A model generated the notes under the pieces. That model was not told where the DNA came from and did no database searches. It worked only from the letters and a program-made list of their open reading frames with translations. From the sequence record NC_100372.1: a stretch of 64,000 nt of DNA. The stretch is one strand, 5' to 3'. This document shows, piece after piece, positions 1-8,478 of this stretch; the stretch's first letter is position 1, and every line of letters starts with the position of its first letter. A program made the position numbers and the translations under genes. The DNA comes from a phage.

Positions 1-32
1 AATACAAAGAGACGATCTGCACACCTAAGAAC

Positions 33-1163
33 GTGGGTCGTGCCAATGAAACTACAGCTGAGCAACAGGCTGAGCTGGAAGCGATCAGTAAGTGGGAAAA
101 ACAAGTCCGTCTGGGGTATGTTGAAAATATGGAAGATTGCGAGCAGGGTGTTGACCTTTTACCCATGCTGGTGCATGACTACCTGAAGCGTGGAAAGGCA
201 CTTAAATTACCTTGCTGGATCTTGCGTAAGTTAGATGGCCTTCGTCTACTGGTTGTTTTCCAAAACGGTGAGCCTAAATTTATTTCCCGTGGTAATAAGT
301 CCTACCCTATTCAAGGAAAGCTTCTGGAGCAACTTCGTTCTTTCCACTTCACCACCGGGATTAAACAGCTCGACGGAGAGATCTATATTCATGGTCTGCC
401 TCTGCAGAAAATAGTGTCTCTTGCTAAACGTTGGCGCACACAGGAAGAGATTCAGGCCGAGATCGATAAAGACTACGAGGCAGATAAAAAACGCCGTCAT
501 GCCGCAATTAAGGCAGGCTTATCAACATACAAAAACTTCAATAAGGTAGATATTCCTGTTGATGTTGAGCCTGTTCGTGATGATTTGCGTTACGGAGGGT
601 ACTGTAGCTATGACTTAGAGTATCATATTTTCGACATCCCTAGTGACAAGGTATGGTGGGATCCGGAAACAGAATCTGGACGATGCAAGGATCTTATGGA
701 TGCAGAAGATACCATTACCACTCTGATGCTTGACCATATCAAGGTTGTTGACGCAGAGCTTGCGTACACAGTTGATCATTGCGAAGAATCTGTTGGTGTA
801 TTCATGTCCGAAGGATATGAAGGTACTATCATGCGTAACTTCTGTGGTAAATACGAATACGGTCAGCGAACATCTGAAGCATTGAAATGGAAAAAGTTCA
901 ACGATGCTGAGGTGAAAGTTATTGACGTTGAGAAAGATAAGAATGATGAAGGTGTTCTTATCTGTGTTGACAAGGAAGGTATCGTTGTTAAAATGAAGAT
1001 GAAAGGTACGCACGAGGAGCGTAGCTATGACAGGATGCAGGAAATGATCGGCAAGTTTGTCACCTTCAAATATCAAGCAAGGACAGAAGACAACAACTAC
1101 CAATTCCCTGTCGGCATCTGCGTCCGAAATGTTAACCCAGACACTTGGGAGGTTCTGGAATGA
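33..1163 (+). CDS. ATP-dependent DNA ligase (start uncertain; frame is open back to the window edge)
   Basis: Adenylation motif I K-L-D-G-L-R (RKLDGLRLL), motif IV-like EGTIMRN, motif V-like LKWKKF. No stop in frame between nt 3 and 33, so the N-terminus may lie upstream of the window. Confidence 0.85.
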   Translation: MGRANETTAEQQAELEAISKWEKQVRLGYVENMEDCEQGVDLLPMLVHDYLKRGKALKLPCWILRKLDGLRLLVVFQNGEPKFISRGNKSYPIQGKLLEQLRSFHFTTGIKQLDGEIYIHGLPLQKIVSLAKRWRTQEEIQAEIDKDYEADKKRRHAAIKAGLSTYKNFNKVDIPVDVEPVRDDLRYGGYCSYDLEYHIFDIPSDKVWWDPETESGRCKDLMDAEDTITTLMLDHIKVVDAELAYTVDHCEESVGVFMSEGYEGTIMRNFCGKYEYGQRTSEALKWKKFNDAEVKVIDVEKDKNDEGVLICVDKEGIVVKMKMKGTHEERSYDRMQEMIGKFVTFKYQARTEDNNYQFPVGICVRNVNPDTWEVLE

Positions 1164-1190
1164 TGTAGGAAGGTTTAGTAGGTAACGGTA

Positions 1191-1250
1191 GCCAATTGAA
1201 TGATGGTTTTTCAATTGGCACCTGCATAACCACATTATGCAGTGTTGTTG
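1191..1250 (+). terminator. Tandem hairpins downstream of the ligase gene
   Basis: GCCAATTGA(1191-1199)/TCAATTGGC(1211-1219), then CTGCATAA(1222-1229)/TTATGCAG(1235-1242), followed by TGTTGTTG. Confidence 0.45.
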
Positions 1251-1287
1251 ATCGGGTTAGTTATGAGTAAATTGGAGAGTATGAAAA

Positions 1288-1758
1288 ATGAAACTTGATA
1301 AAAATGTTCAACGAAAAGCTTTCTTGGATATGATCGCATATTCAGAAGGTACAGATAACGGTAGACAACCTACCAAGGATCGGGGCTATGATGTCATAGT
1401 CGGTGGCAAGCTGTTTAGCGATTACAGCAAGCATCCGGGTGTGTACGTTAAGCTAAATGCTAAACTTACCTCCTCTGCTGCGGGGCGCTACCAAGTTTTG
1501 GAGAAGTTTGCTAAACACTATATGAAACAGTTAGGATTACCAGATTTTGGCCCTGCCAGTCAGGATAAGATCGCACTACAATTGATCCGTGAGTGCAAGG
1601 CGCTCGATGATATTGATGAAGGTCGTATTCATCAGGCCATCCATCTTTGCAGATCCCGATGGGCAAGCCTTCCTGGTGCAGGGTACGGTCAGCATGAACA
1701 GAAGATTGAGAAGTTGATCGAGGTGTTTAAAAAGGCAGGCGGCATTGTCCTAGATTAA
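1288..1758 (+). CDS. Endolysin, phage lambda R-type lytic transglycosylase (GH24-like fold)
   Basis: Nearly collinear with my recollection of lambda R: QRKAFLDMIAYSEGTDNGRQ, GYDVIVGG, AAGRYQ, WASLPGAGYGQ, catalytic E in AYSEGT. Confidence 0.92.
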   Translation: MKLDKNVQRKAFLDMIAYSEGTDNGRQPTKDRGYDVIVGGKLFSDYSKHPGVYVKLNAKLTSSAAGRYQVLEKFAKHYMKQLGLPDFGPASQDKIALQLIRECKALDDIDEGRIHQAIHLCRSRWASLPGAGYGQHEQKIEKLIEVFKKAGGIVLD

Positions 1759-1761
1759 TCA

Positions 1762-1790
1762 TTGACATGACCACATGGACGTGGTATTGT
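1762..1790 (+). promoter_or_regulatory. sigma70-type promoter with palindrome in the spacer
   Basis: TTGACA(1762-1767), 17 nt spacer, TATTGT(1785-1790). Spacer holds ACCAC-ATGGAC-GTGGT. Confidence 0.6.
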
Positions 1791-1821
1791 TACCTAGTAA
1801 AATGTTAAGAAGGGTTTAACC

Positions 1822-2028
1822 ATGAAAGATTTTCTGTTGGCAATTTTGTTCATGGCAGCATGTCTGGCCTGTGGTGTCGTGTTTGCAGGTGAAACAGCGT
1901 ATCTTGTCGATGTATATCGGGACAATGGTAAACGTATTTGCCTTTATGAAACAAGCCAAGGTGAGCTCTACGAGCTTGTTAAACAAGGCGAGGCTGGATC
2001 TTGTCCTCGGACTCACTTCTTCGAATAA
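1822..2028 (+). CDS. Small secreted protein (signal peptide; possible lipoprotein)
   Basis: N-terminal h-region LLAILFMAACLACGVVFA followed by a charged mature part with 2 Cys. SD-like AAGAAGGG 8 nt upstream. Lies just after the endolysin. Confidence 0.55.
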   Translation: MKDFLLAILFMAACLACGVVFAGETAYLVDVYRDNGKRICLYETSQGELYELVKQGEAGSCPRTHFFE

Positions 2029-2038
2029 GGTTGGTAGT

Positions 2039-2257
2039 ATGGCTTTAGAAGGCACTGATTATATTCACGATTACCGTGGGAGTGCAGTGTATGTGGGCGA
2101 TACTGTTGCAGTATACTACGGTTATGGTTCCCTAGAAACAGCGAAGGTCATACAGATCAAGAATGACCGTGCTAAGCTTGAAGTTTATTACTCTAATGGT
2201 GAAAGATCGATTTCTAAGTGGAAAGATGGTCATTGTATGGTCAAATTGGAGGGCTGA
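2039..2257 (+). CDS. Hypothetical protein (72 aa)
   Basis: ATG at 2039 inside track ORF 1871..2257. The upstream part of that ORF overlaps the 1822..2028 gene. Stop overlaps the next start (TGATG). Confidence 0.55.
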   Translation: MALEGTDYIHDYRGSAVYVGDTVAVYYGYGSLETAKVIQIKNDRAKLEVYYSNGERSISKWKDGHCMVKLEG

Positions 2258-2721
2258 TGGAAGACGGACGTTTAATGAAGTCTGAACGCAGGCTTATTGT
2301 GCAGCTGATCCCAGAAACAGCTTGGTATAATAATCTCCGAAACGCTGTGAAGAAGAGTGAGTGGGATAAGATCCGTAAGAAGTGCTACAGAGAAGCCAAC
2401 TATACTTGTGAGGTGTGCGGCGGTAAAGGCAGCAAACATCCGGTGGAGTGTCATGAACTTTACACTTTCGAAGAGGGAGTGATCCGGCTTGTCGGACTGA
2501 TAGCGTTGTGCCCAGATTGTCACACATCGGTGCATCCTGGGTTAGCAAATATCCGTGGAAAGTATGCTCAGGCAGTTAATCAGTTGGCTAAGGTGAATAA
2601 GATCACCAAGGGTATGGCAGAGGCCTATTACCGAGACTGCTTTGCAGAATGGCGGGAGCTTAGCAAAGTTCCTGAATGGAGAACTGACTTTTCGTGGATA
2701 GAGGGTTACCTTGATGGCTAA
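2257..2721 (+). CDS. HNH-type zinc-finger nuclease
   Basis: CEVCGG...HPVECHELY...CPDCHTSVH (CxxC / H / CxxCH arrangement). ATG 2257 overlaps the upstream TGA. Confidence 0.65.
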   Translation: MEDGRLMKSERRLIVQLIPETAWYNNLRNAVKKSEWDKIRKKCYREANYTCEVCGGKGSKHPVECHELYTFEEGVIRLVGLIALCPDCHTSVHPGLANIRGKYAQAVNQLAKVNKITKGMAEAYYRDCFAEWRELSKVPEWRTDFSWIEGYLDG

Positions 2722-3004
2722 GAAACCTGTAAAAGAGAAATTTGATAAGACAGCTTTTGTATTCGATACACCTCTGGACGACATTATTAGAGGTATGCAA
2801 GCACTGTATCGAAAGGCTGAATCTGAGCAGTTGTCTGAATCAGAACTTTACTGGCTTGGTTGGTGGGAGTTAAACCTGCCTAAAGCTGAAAGTTCTTGTC
2901 TGAGAACTGTTAAAACGTGCGCCCAAGAAAACGCCGCACTTGGAATCTACCACAAAAGGAAAAGATCAACAAAAAGCTCTCCAAGAAAGACTAAAAAGTC
3001 TTGA
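2711..3004 (+). CDS. Hypothetical protein with basic C-terminus
   Basis: ORF overlaps the previous stop. C-terminal HKRKRSTKSSPRKTKKS. Confidence 0.55.
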   Translation: MMAKKPVKEKFDKTAFVFDTPLDDIIRGMQALYRKAESEQLSESELYWLGWWELNLPKAESSCLRTVKTCAQENAALGIYHKRKRSTKSSPRKTKKS

Positions 3005-3030
3005 CAAAAGTGCTATTAATCTGATATTAT
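3001..3030 (+). promoter_or_regulatory. sigma70-type promoter
   Basis: TTGACA(3001-3006), 18 nt spacer, TATTAT(3025-3030). Confidence 0.6.
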
Positions 3031-3063
3031 CAGTCAGATATTTATAAACTAGGAGAACTAGAC

Positions 3064-3372
3064 ATGCTTAAAATTTTTATTGTTGAAGATAAAGATATTG
3101 TCCAGTTGTATGCAAACGAGAATCATAAAGGTATGATCCTGAAGAAGGCAAGCAACCTTCATGAAAACACCATTCAACCTGGCGATGTAATTAAGATCTG
3201 TGGCTATCTGATACCAGACTCCTTGATGAAAATAACCCACCACTGGGGGTCTAATCCGTTCCTTTTTGAAAAATATTGGGATGTTGAGTCGCTTATTGCA
3301 GAGAGTGATGATGCATTCCATTACAGCATCCAACCATCTTGCAGAGTAACTAACAGGAGGGTCTTTGAGTAG
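3064..3372 (+). CDS. Hypothetical protein
   Basis: AGGAG SD upstream of ATG 3064. Follows the promoter at 3001. Confidence 0.65.
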   Translation: MLKIFIVEDKDIVQLYANENHKGMILKKASNLHENTIQPGDVIKICGYLIPDSLMKITHHWGSNPFLFEKYWDVESLIAESDDAFHYSIQPSCRVTNRRVFE

Positions 3373-4504
3373 AGAATATCCGCTTATTGAGTCCATAGAT
3401 TGTCTAGCTGATCTTCTTGAACCTGACGCTATAGTTTATTATGACTTCGATCAGGTTGCATACCAAGCTGCAGCAAGCTGTGAAAAAAGGACAATTGAGG
3501 TAACACATAAAGCCTCCGGACGTAAGAAGGTGTTTAAAACACGAACAGAGTTTTGGGGGAGGCAGAAGAACGCAGTTGGCGGCTGGTTAAAGGCTGAGAA
3601 CACCAACCGTGAAGCTGCATGTAAAAAAGCTGGCAAGGAGTTTATTCCGTGGACACGAGAAGATTTCGATGTCTTGGATATCCAAACCCCTGATCCTGTA
3701 GAGAACTGCTTGCACACAATTAAGTGTAAAGCTAATGCAGTCCTTAACTATCTCGGTATTCCTGAAGATCGGTGCGTAGGGGTGCTTGGAGGAACAGGCA
3801 ATTTCAGACTAGATCTTCCCATGCCGGAACGATATAAAGCCAACCGTAACAATACTCTTCGACCACTGTTGCTTGAAGATGCAAGACAGTATCTACAAAA
3901 GCAATATAACGCTCAAGTGATCAACGGTATTGAAGCTGACGACTGGTTAGCTATCCAGCAATTTGAAGGTTGGAACCACTACCAGAAAACAGGAAAGTTC
4001 AACAAGTTTATTATCTCTATAGATAAGGACCAGCGAACACTTCCTGGGCTTGTATTCGATCCGATGAGGAACGATAAAGGTGATTTTGTAAGAGAGACAC
4101 CTATGCTCATTGATAACGGTATGGGTAACATATTCATGAAACCAAACGGCGATGTTGGTGGGTATGGAATGTTGTTCTTCGGTTATCAAATGCTGTGTGG
4201 TGACTCGGCTGACAATATTAAGCCTTACCAAGGGCTTATTGGTAAAGGAAAGTTTGGAGATGCATCTGCATTCTCCTTACTGTCTCAGTGCAGCACACCG
4301 AAAGAGATGTGGTTAGCAATTATTGATCAGTATAAAAAATGGTTTCCGAAAGGTGCCGTTAAGTATACTGATTTCAATGGTATCGACCGTAGGATTTCCG
4401 TAGGCCAGTGGATGAGTATAATTTTTGACTGTTTGTATATGAAGCGAACATTCAATGATCAAACAAAACTTGTTAACGTTCTTAGAAATGTTGGAGCAAT
4501 TTGA
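3365..4504 (+). CDS. 5'-3' exonuclease / flap endonuclease (FEN, PIN-like)
   Basis: GIEADDWLA, ISIDKDQRTL and CGDSADNIKP acidic-cluster motifs typical of T5 D15 / T7 gp6 / Pol I 5' nuclease family. TTG start preceded by AGGAGGG. Confidence 0.8.
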   Translation: MSREYPLIESIDCLADLLEPDAIVYYDFDQVAYQAAASCEKRTIEVTHKASGRKKVFKTRTEFWGRQKNAVGGWLKAENTNREAACKKAGKEFIPWTREDFDVLDIQTPDPVENCLHTIKCKANAVLNYLGIPEDRCVGVLGGTGNFRLDLPMPERYKANRNNTLRPLLLEDARQYLQKQYNAQVINGIEADDWLAIQQFEGWNHYQKTGKFNKFIISIDKDQRTLPGLVFDPMRNDKGDFVRETPMLIDNGMGNIFMKPNGDVGGYGMLFFGYQMLCGDSADNIKPYQGLIGKGKFGDASAFSLLSQCSTPKEMWLAIIDQYKKWFPKGAVKYTDFNGIDRRISVGQWMSIIFDCLYMKRTFNDQTKLVNVLRNVGAI

Positions 4505-4827
4505 TGACTAAAAATTCTGTAGATAATGCAATTATGGAAGCTGTTTTTGAGGATGATCATACAACAGGGACCCTTAAAACAAAAAATACATTTATTGTTG
4601 CTACAGGTATGTGGCGGTTGTATGAAGATGACACTATTGCATACATCCTGTATACTGATGATTACGCAGATGATCGTGTATGGTCTGCTGTTTTAAAAGA
4701 AGATTGCGAGCTGATTGAGGGCGAGCGGTTATGCATGTTTACCAGCGTGGAAACAGACGTTAAGCTTTGCTCTCTTGTGCTATTCAAAGACAAAGCTTAT
4801 TCTCCAGATGAAGAGGAAACAGCATGA
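4504..4827 (+). CDS. Hypothetical acidic protein
   Basis: ATG 4504 overlaps the upstream TGA. No motif recognised. Confidence 0.6.
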   Translation: MTKNSVDNAIMEAVFEDDHTTGTLKTKNTFIVATGMWRLYEDDTIAYILYTDDYADDRVWSAVLKEDCELIEGERLCMFTSVETDVKLCSLVLFKDKAYSPDEEETA

Positions 4828-5453
4828 GAGAAAGACTGCTGTCTATAGACCAGTCTCTTACCCACACAGCCTGTGTTGTATGGGACGATGGTAAGCCTGT
4901 TCATAAGATTGTGTTACGCACACAAAGCTCATCTGCAAAAGAGAAGAAACCAGGGACGGTTTCTTTTGCAACAGCTGCTGAGCGTATTGACTGGATCTGC
5001 AAACAGGTTAGATATTATATCCACACGCACGGAGTCGATACTGTGGTTATGGAAGGGCTTTCCTTTGGATCGCGAGGTGATGCCACACGTGAGCTGGCTG
5101 GGTTGTTTTACGGTCTTGAAGTTATGCTTTGGGATGCTTTAGCAGATTGTGAAAATGACGGCCTGTTTAAGGTTCACACAGTGACACCAACAACTGCCAA
5201 AAAGTTTGCTCGTAGTCATCTTCCTGAAGAACTTGCTTTTGAGGAGAAGAAAAAGCTTGACAAAAGGACAGGTAAAGAGCATACTGTGAAGAAACCTGTT
5301 ACGATGGATAAAAAGTTGATGGTTAAGGCCTGCGAAGTATCTGAACCCGGGTTCCTGGATGGGATCAACTTGGTACAAGGTAAGGCCGATCTCGCAGATG
5401 CTTATTGGATAGGCAGGGCGCATCTGGAGGGATTATCGCAAAGCGTAAAATAA
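4824..5453 (+). CDS. RuvC-like Holliday junction resolvase
   Basis: LSIDQSLTHTACVV (first catalytic D), VVMEGLSFG (E), ADLADAYWIG (C-terminal D). Arrangement matches the RuvC/RNase H fold. Confidence 0.7.
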   Translation: MRERLLSIDQSLTHTACVVWDDGKPVHKIVLRTQSSSAKEKKPGTVSFATAAERIDWICKQVRYYIHTHGVDTVVMEGLSFGSRGDATRELAGLFYGLEVMLWDALADCENDGLFKVHTVTPTTAKKFARSHLPEELAFEEKKKLDKRTGKEHTVKKPVTMDKKLMVKACEVSEPGFLDGINLVQGKADLADAYWIGRAHLEGLSQSVK

Positions 5454-6010
5454 GAAAGAAAGCTGTCAAAGCCCCCGTTCATAGCGGGTGGCTAAAAGAT
5501 TCTAAGGACATAGCTAACTTTCGGAAAGAATTGTCAGAAGAGCAGGATGGTCTTGATCCGATCTTGTGCGAACCACTTCGTAAGCCTTGTTTAGATCATG
5601 ATCATCTGACTGGTCGTTGCAGGGGTGTTTTGTCCCAATGCACTAATACCTTTGAGGGGTATGTGCTTAAATACTGGATGAAATACTGTAACGAGTATAC
5701 AGATTGCAGTTTATCAGAGGCGTTACGCCGGATGGCTGACTATCTGGAGAAAGACTACAGCGACTTCCCGCTCCACAAAAACTACAGAGATGATATGACA
5801 AAGTTCTTGAGGAGATGCTCTAAAGCTACGATTATTGCACGTGCAGAATCAGATCTCGGTCTTGTCATTAATTCAGAGTATACCAAGCATGAGGCTATTG
5901 AGGCCTACATGCAGGAGTTTATAAAGAAAACTGAGGAGAGAGATTTCTATGGGGACGAAAAAGGTATTCAATCCTTGCGATTCAGTTCTGATCAGGATGA
6001 AATACCGTAA
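5405..6010 (+). CDS. Endonuclease VII-family (Endonuclease_7) protein; start codon uncertain
   Basis: CLDHDHLTGRCRGVLSQCTN matches the LDHDHxTGxxRGxLCxxCN core. No in-frame ATG before the domain. Only TTG 5405 or non-canonical codons after GGAGGG(5425-5430). Confidence 0.7.
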   Translation: MDRQGASGGIIAKRKIRKKAVKAPVHSGWLKDSKDIANFRKELSEEQDGLDPILCEPLRKPCLDHDHLTGRCRGVLSQCTNTFEGYVLKYWMKYCNEYTDCSLSEALRRMADYLEKDYSDFPLHKNYRDDMTKFLRRCSKATIIARAESDLGLVINSEYTKHEAIEAYMQEFIKKTEERDFYGDEKGIQSLRFSSDQDEIP

Positions 6011-6170
6011 CTGGAAAGGTGTTGTTGCAGATCGCTGCGTTACTGAGCCTAATTTATGGTTTGGCTCTACAGAGTATCATAAAGAAGAGCAGTGGTTGAT
6101 GCATGCATTTGACGTAGATAAGGGCGAATACCGTGACTTCGCTTTAAAAGACATTCTTCAGTTTTACTAA
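5997..6170 (+). CDS. Hypothetical protein (57 aa)
   Basis: ATG 5997 within track ORF 5949..6170. Confidence 0.5.
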   Translation: MKYRNWKGVVADRCVTEPNLWFGSTEYHKEEQWLMHAFDVDKGEYRDFALKDILQFY

Positions 6171-6182
6171 GGAATCTTAACG

Positions 6183-7166
6183 ATGATGACAAAGTTAACT
6201 CTTGAGCAAATTTTAACACTAAAGCAACAGGGATACACTAATAGACAAATTGCTCGTGAATTTTTAGGGCGTGAGTCGCGTGAGAGCTGGATCCGACTAC
6301 AGCTTAAACGTGCACAAGAGAATATGTCAGAGATTGTAGGAGAGGCAACGGAGCGCTTCCTTGAAGAACACAAAGGCGCTAAAGTTTGGGTGTATGATAC
6401 AGAGACATCCCCAACAAACGGCTGGTTCTTTGGGCACTATAAGACCAACATTCAAACCTGCGGTATTGAAATTATGCCTTATATGCTAACTTTCGCAGGT
6501 AAATGGTTAGACAGCCCTAGTGTGGTCGACTGTGCTCTTCCTGATTACAAAATGTGGGGCGAGGATATCCACAACGATCTTGAACTGATTCAAGATTTGT
6601 GGTATTATCTGGATAAATGTGATGTTGCAGTAGCGCACAACTCTGGTTTTGACTGTGGATGGGCCAACCAACGATTTGCATTTCACGGTTTACCACCAAC
6701 AAGTCCATACAAAGAGGTTGACACCCTCAAGATGATTAAAAAGGCATTCCGTTTGAATGCAAACACGTTAGAGTATGCATGTAAATACTTCCAACTGGCC
6801 CGACAGAAGCTGATTGACCACACATTTGAAATGTGGATCAAGTGTGTTCATGGTGATCTTGAGGCGTTTAAACAGATGCGGGAGTATAATGTTGGGGACA
6901 TCTTGTCTCTTGAAGGCCTGTATTTGCTGGCGCGTCCGTTTGCTAAGCAGCACCCTAACATGTCGTTGTACTACCAAGATGAGGAGTCAAAAGTTCGTTG
7001 CCCACGTTGTGGTGGAGAACACCTTCACGAGGAAGAAGCTTTGGCGTATACTCAGCTGAGTGCATTTAAAACATACCGCTGCGAAGGTTGTGGATCTGTT
7101 GTTCGTGATCGTAACAACATCCGTACTAGGGAAGAGATGAAAAACACCCTTATTCAGATAATCTAA
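6183..7166 (+). CDS. DnaQ-like 3'-5' exonuclease with N-terminal HTH and C-terminal zinc ribbon
   Basis: DEDD motifs VYDTET, AHNSGFD, YNVGDI. N-terminal GYTNRQIAREF helix-turn-helix. C-terminal CPRCGG...CEGCG. Confidence 0.75.
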   Translation: MMTKLTLEQILTLKQQGYTNRQIAREFLGRESRESWIRLQLKRAQENMSEIVGEATERFLEEHKGAKVWVYDTETSPTNGWFFGHYKTNIQTCGIEIMPYMLTFAGKWLDSPSVVDCALPDYKMWGEDIHNDLELIQDLWYYLDKCDVAVAHNSGFDCGWANQRFAFHGLPPTSPYKEVDTLKMIKKAFRLNANTLEYACKYFQLARQKLIDHTFEMWIKCVHGDLEAFKQMREYNVGDILSLEGLYLLARPFAKQHPNMSLYYQDEESKVRCPRCGGEHLHEEEALAYTQLSAFKTYRCEGCGSVVRDRNNIRTREEMKNTLIQII

Positions 7167-7172
7167 CAAATA

Positions 7173-7200
7173 GAGGGAGGCTTGCGCCTCCCTTTTCCTT
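7173..7200 (+). terminator. Rho-independent terminator
   Basis: GGGAGGC(7175-7181)-TTGC-GCCTCCC(7186-7192) followed by TTTTCCTTTT. Confidence 0.8.
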
Positions 7201-7211
7201 TTGGAGGCACT

Positions 7212-8018
7212 TTGAGCAAGAAAGAGTCCAACGACAAATATTACACAGACCCCGAGTATGCAGAATATCTTGTTGGTAAAGTAAAAGGTAAGTATGGGAA
7301 TTGTGCATACGTTGAGCCTTCTGCTGGAAAGGGTTCTTTTTCAAAACTATTTTCAGAGATACTGTCGTATGATTTGGTACCAGATCCTGAATTTGAAGGC
7401 CCAACCCCGTGTATTAAGGCAAACTTCTTAGAGGTGTACCCCAAGGCCGATGTATTCATAGGTAATCCTCCATTCGGCAAAAATTCGTCTTTAGCTTGCA
7501 AGTTCTTTAACCACTGTGCATCATTGCTAGAGCCTGGTGGAGCTATAGCCTTCATCTTGCCACGGACTTTTGAAAAAATATTTTTTGCAAACAAACTGGA
7601 CATGTCGATGCACCTTATTTACAGCGAAAGGTGCCCCAAGAACTCGTTTTTACTTAACGGCAAACCTTATGACGTGCCATGTGTTTTCCAAATTTGGGAG
7701 AAAAAGGTGTGCAATAGGGACCCTGTAGAGATCGGGGAGAATAAGTTATTTTCTTTTAGCACACCGGACGATTACGACTTCTGTATAAGACGTGTTGGGT
7801 ATAATGCTGGGAAAGTATTGGGAGAGGATGACCCAAAATCTGAAGAATCAACATATTTCATAAAATCTTTAGTTGATGGTGTTGACAGAGTGTTTGCTGA
7901 GTGCTATTCTTCTTTTCAAGAAGAAGCAGGTAAGACTGCTGGAATGAAGAGTATAGGCAAGAAAGAACTACAATACATTTTGGAGACCAGGTATGATCAA
8001 AAGTATAGACTTGACTAA
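7212..8018 (+). CDS. DNA N6-adenine (or N4-cytosine) methyltransferase, NPPF type
   Basis: AdoMet motif VEPSAGKGSF followed by catalytic IGNPPFG. TTG 7212 after GGAGG is preferred because the track start 7182 lies inside the terminator hairpin. Confidence 0.8.
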   Translation: MSKKESNDKYYTDPEYAEYLVGKVKGKYGNCAYVEPSAGKGSFSKLFSEILSYDLVPDPEFEGPTPCIKANFLEVYPKADVFIGNPPFGKNSSLACKFFNHCASLLEPGGAIAFILPRTFEKIFFANKLDMSMHLIYSERCPKNSFLLNGKPYDVPCVFQIWEKKVCNRDPVEIGENKLFSFSTPDDYDFCIRRVGYNAGKVLGEDDPKSEESTYFIKSLVDGVDRVFAECYSSFQEEAGKTAGMKSIGKKELQYILETRYDQKYRLD

Positions 8019-8451
8019 AGAGCTTACTGATGCAAAAGCTTTTGGTGAGACAGCTGTGCAAAGGGGGCAGGCTATGGGGCTGGCACTACCTTTTGTCTTA
8101 AAAGAGCATTTTACAGATTTTCAGCTTATCCGTGGTGAAAAGGGGATGCTTATTCTGGAGCATAAGCTGAGTAAGAAACGTTATAAAGTTGTTTTTAATT
8201 CTAAAGCTCCAACAAAACTTGGATTCAGAACTTACAATCTCAACCCTTCTTATACTAAGGGTGTTGGAAGAGTGGAACAGCAACATCTCAGTGCTAGAGC
8301 TTCTTTAGCCCCTTTGATGCTAAATTTCTCAGGTGTTGCTTTGGGATACCTGGATAAGAAAAGAGTTCTTCATGTTCGTTTTACAGACTTCGTAACGCTT
8401 TTAGCTAACAACGAAGTAGATGAAAAGGGACGTGTAAAAACAAACTTCTAA
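7993..8451 (+). CDS. Hypothetical protein
   Basis: ORF overlapping the upstream gene end. No motif recognised. Confidence 0.6.
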   Translation: MIKSIDLTKELTDAKAFGETAVQRGQAMGLALPFVLKEHFTDFQLIRGEKGMLILEHKLSKKRYKVVFNSKAPTKLGFRTYNLNPSYTKGVGRVEQQHLSARASLAPLMLNFSGVALGYLDKKRVLHVRFTDFVTLLANNEVDEKGRVKTNF

Positions 8452-8478
8452 TAACGTGCAGTATGATTGGAGACCGCA

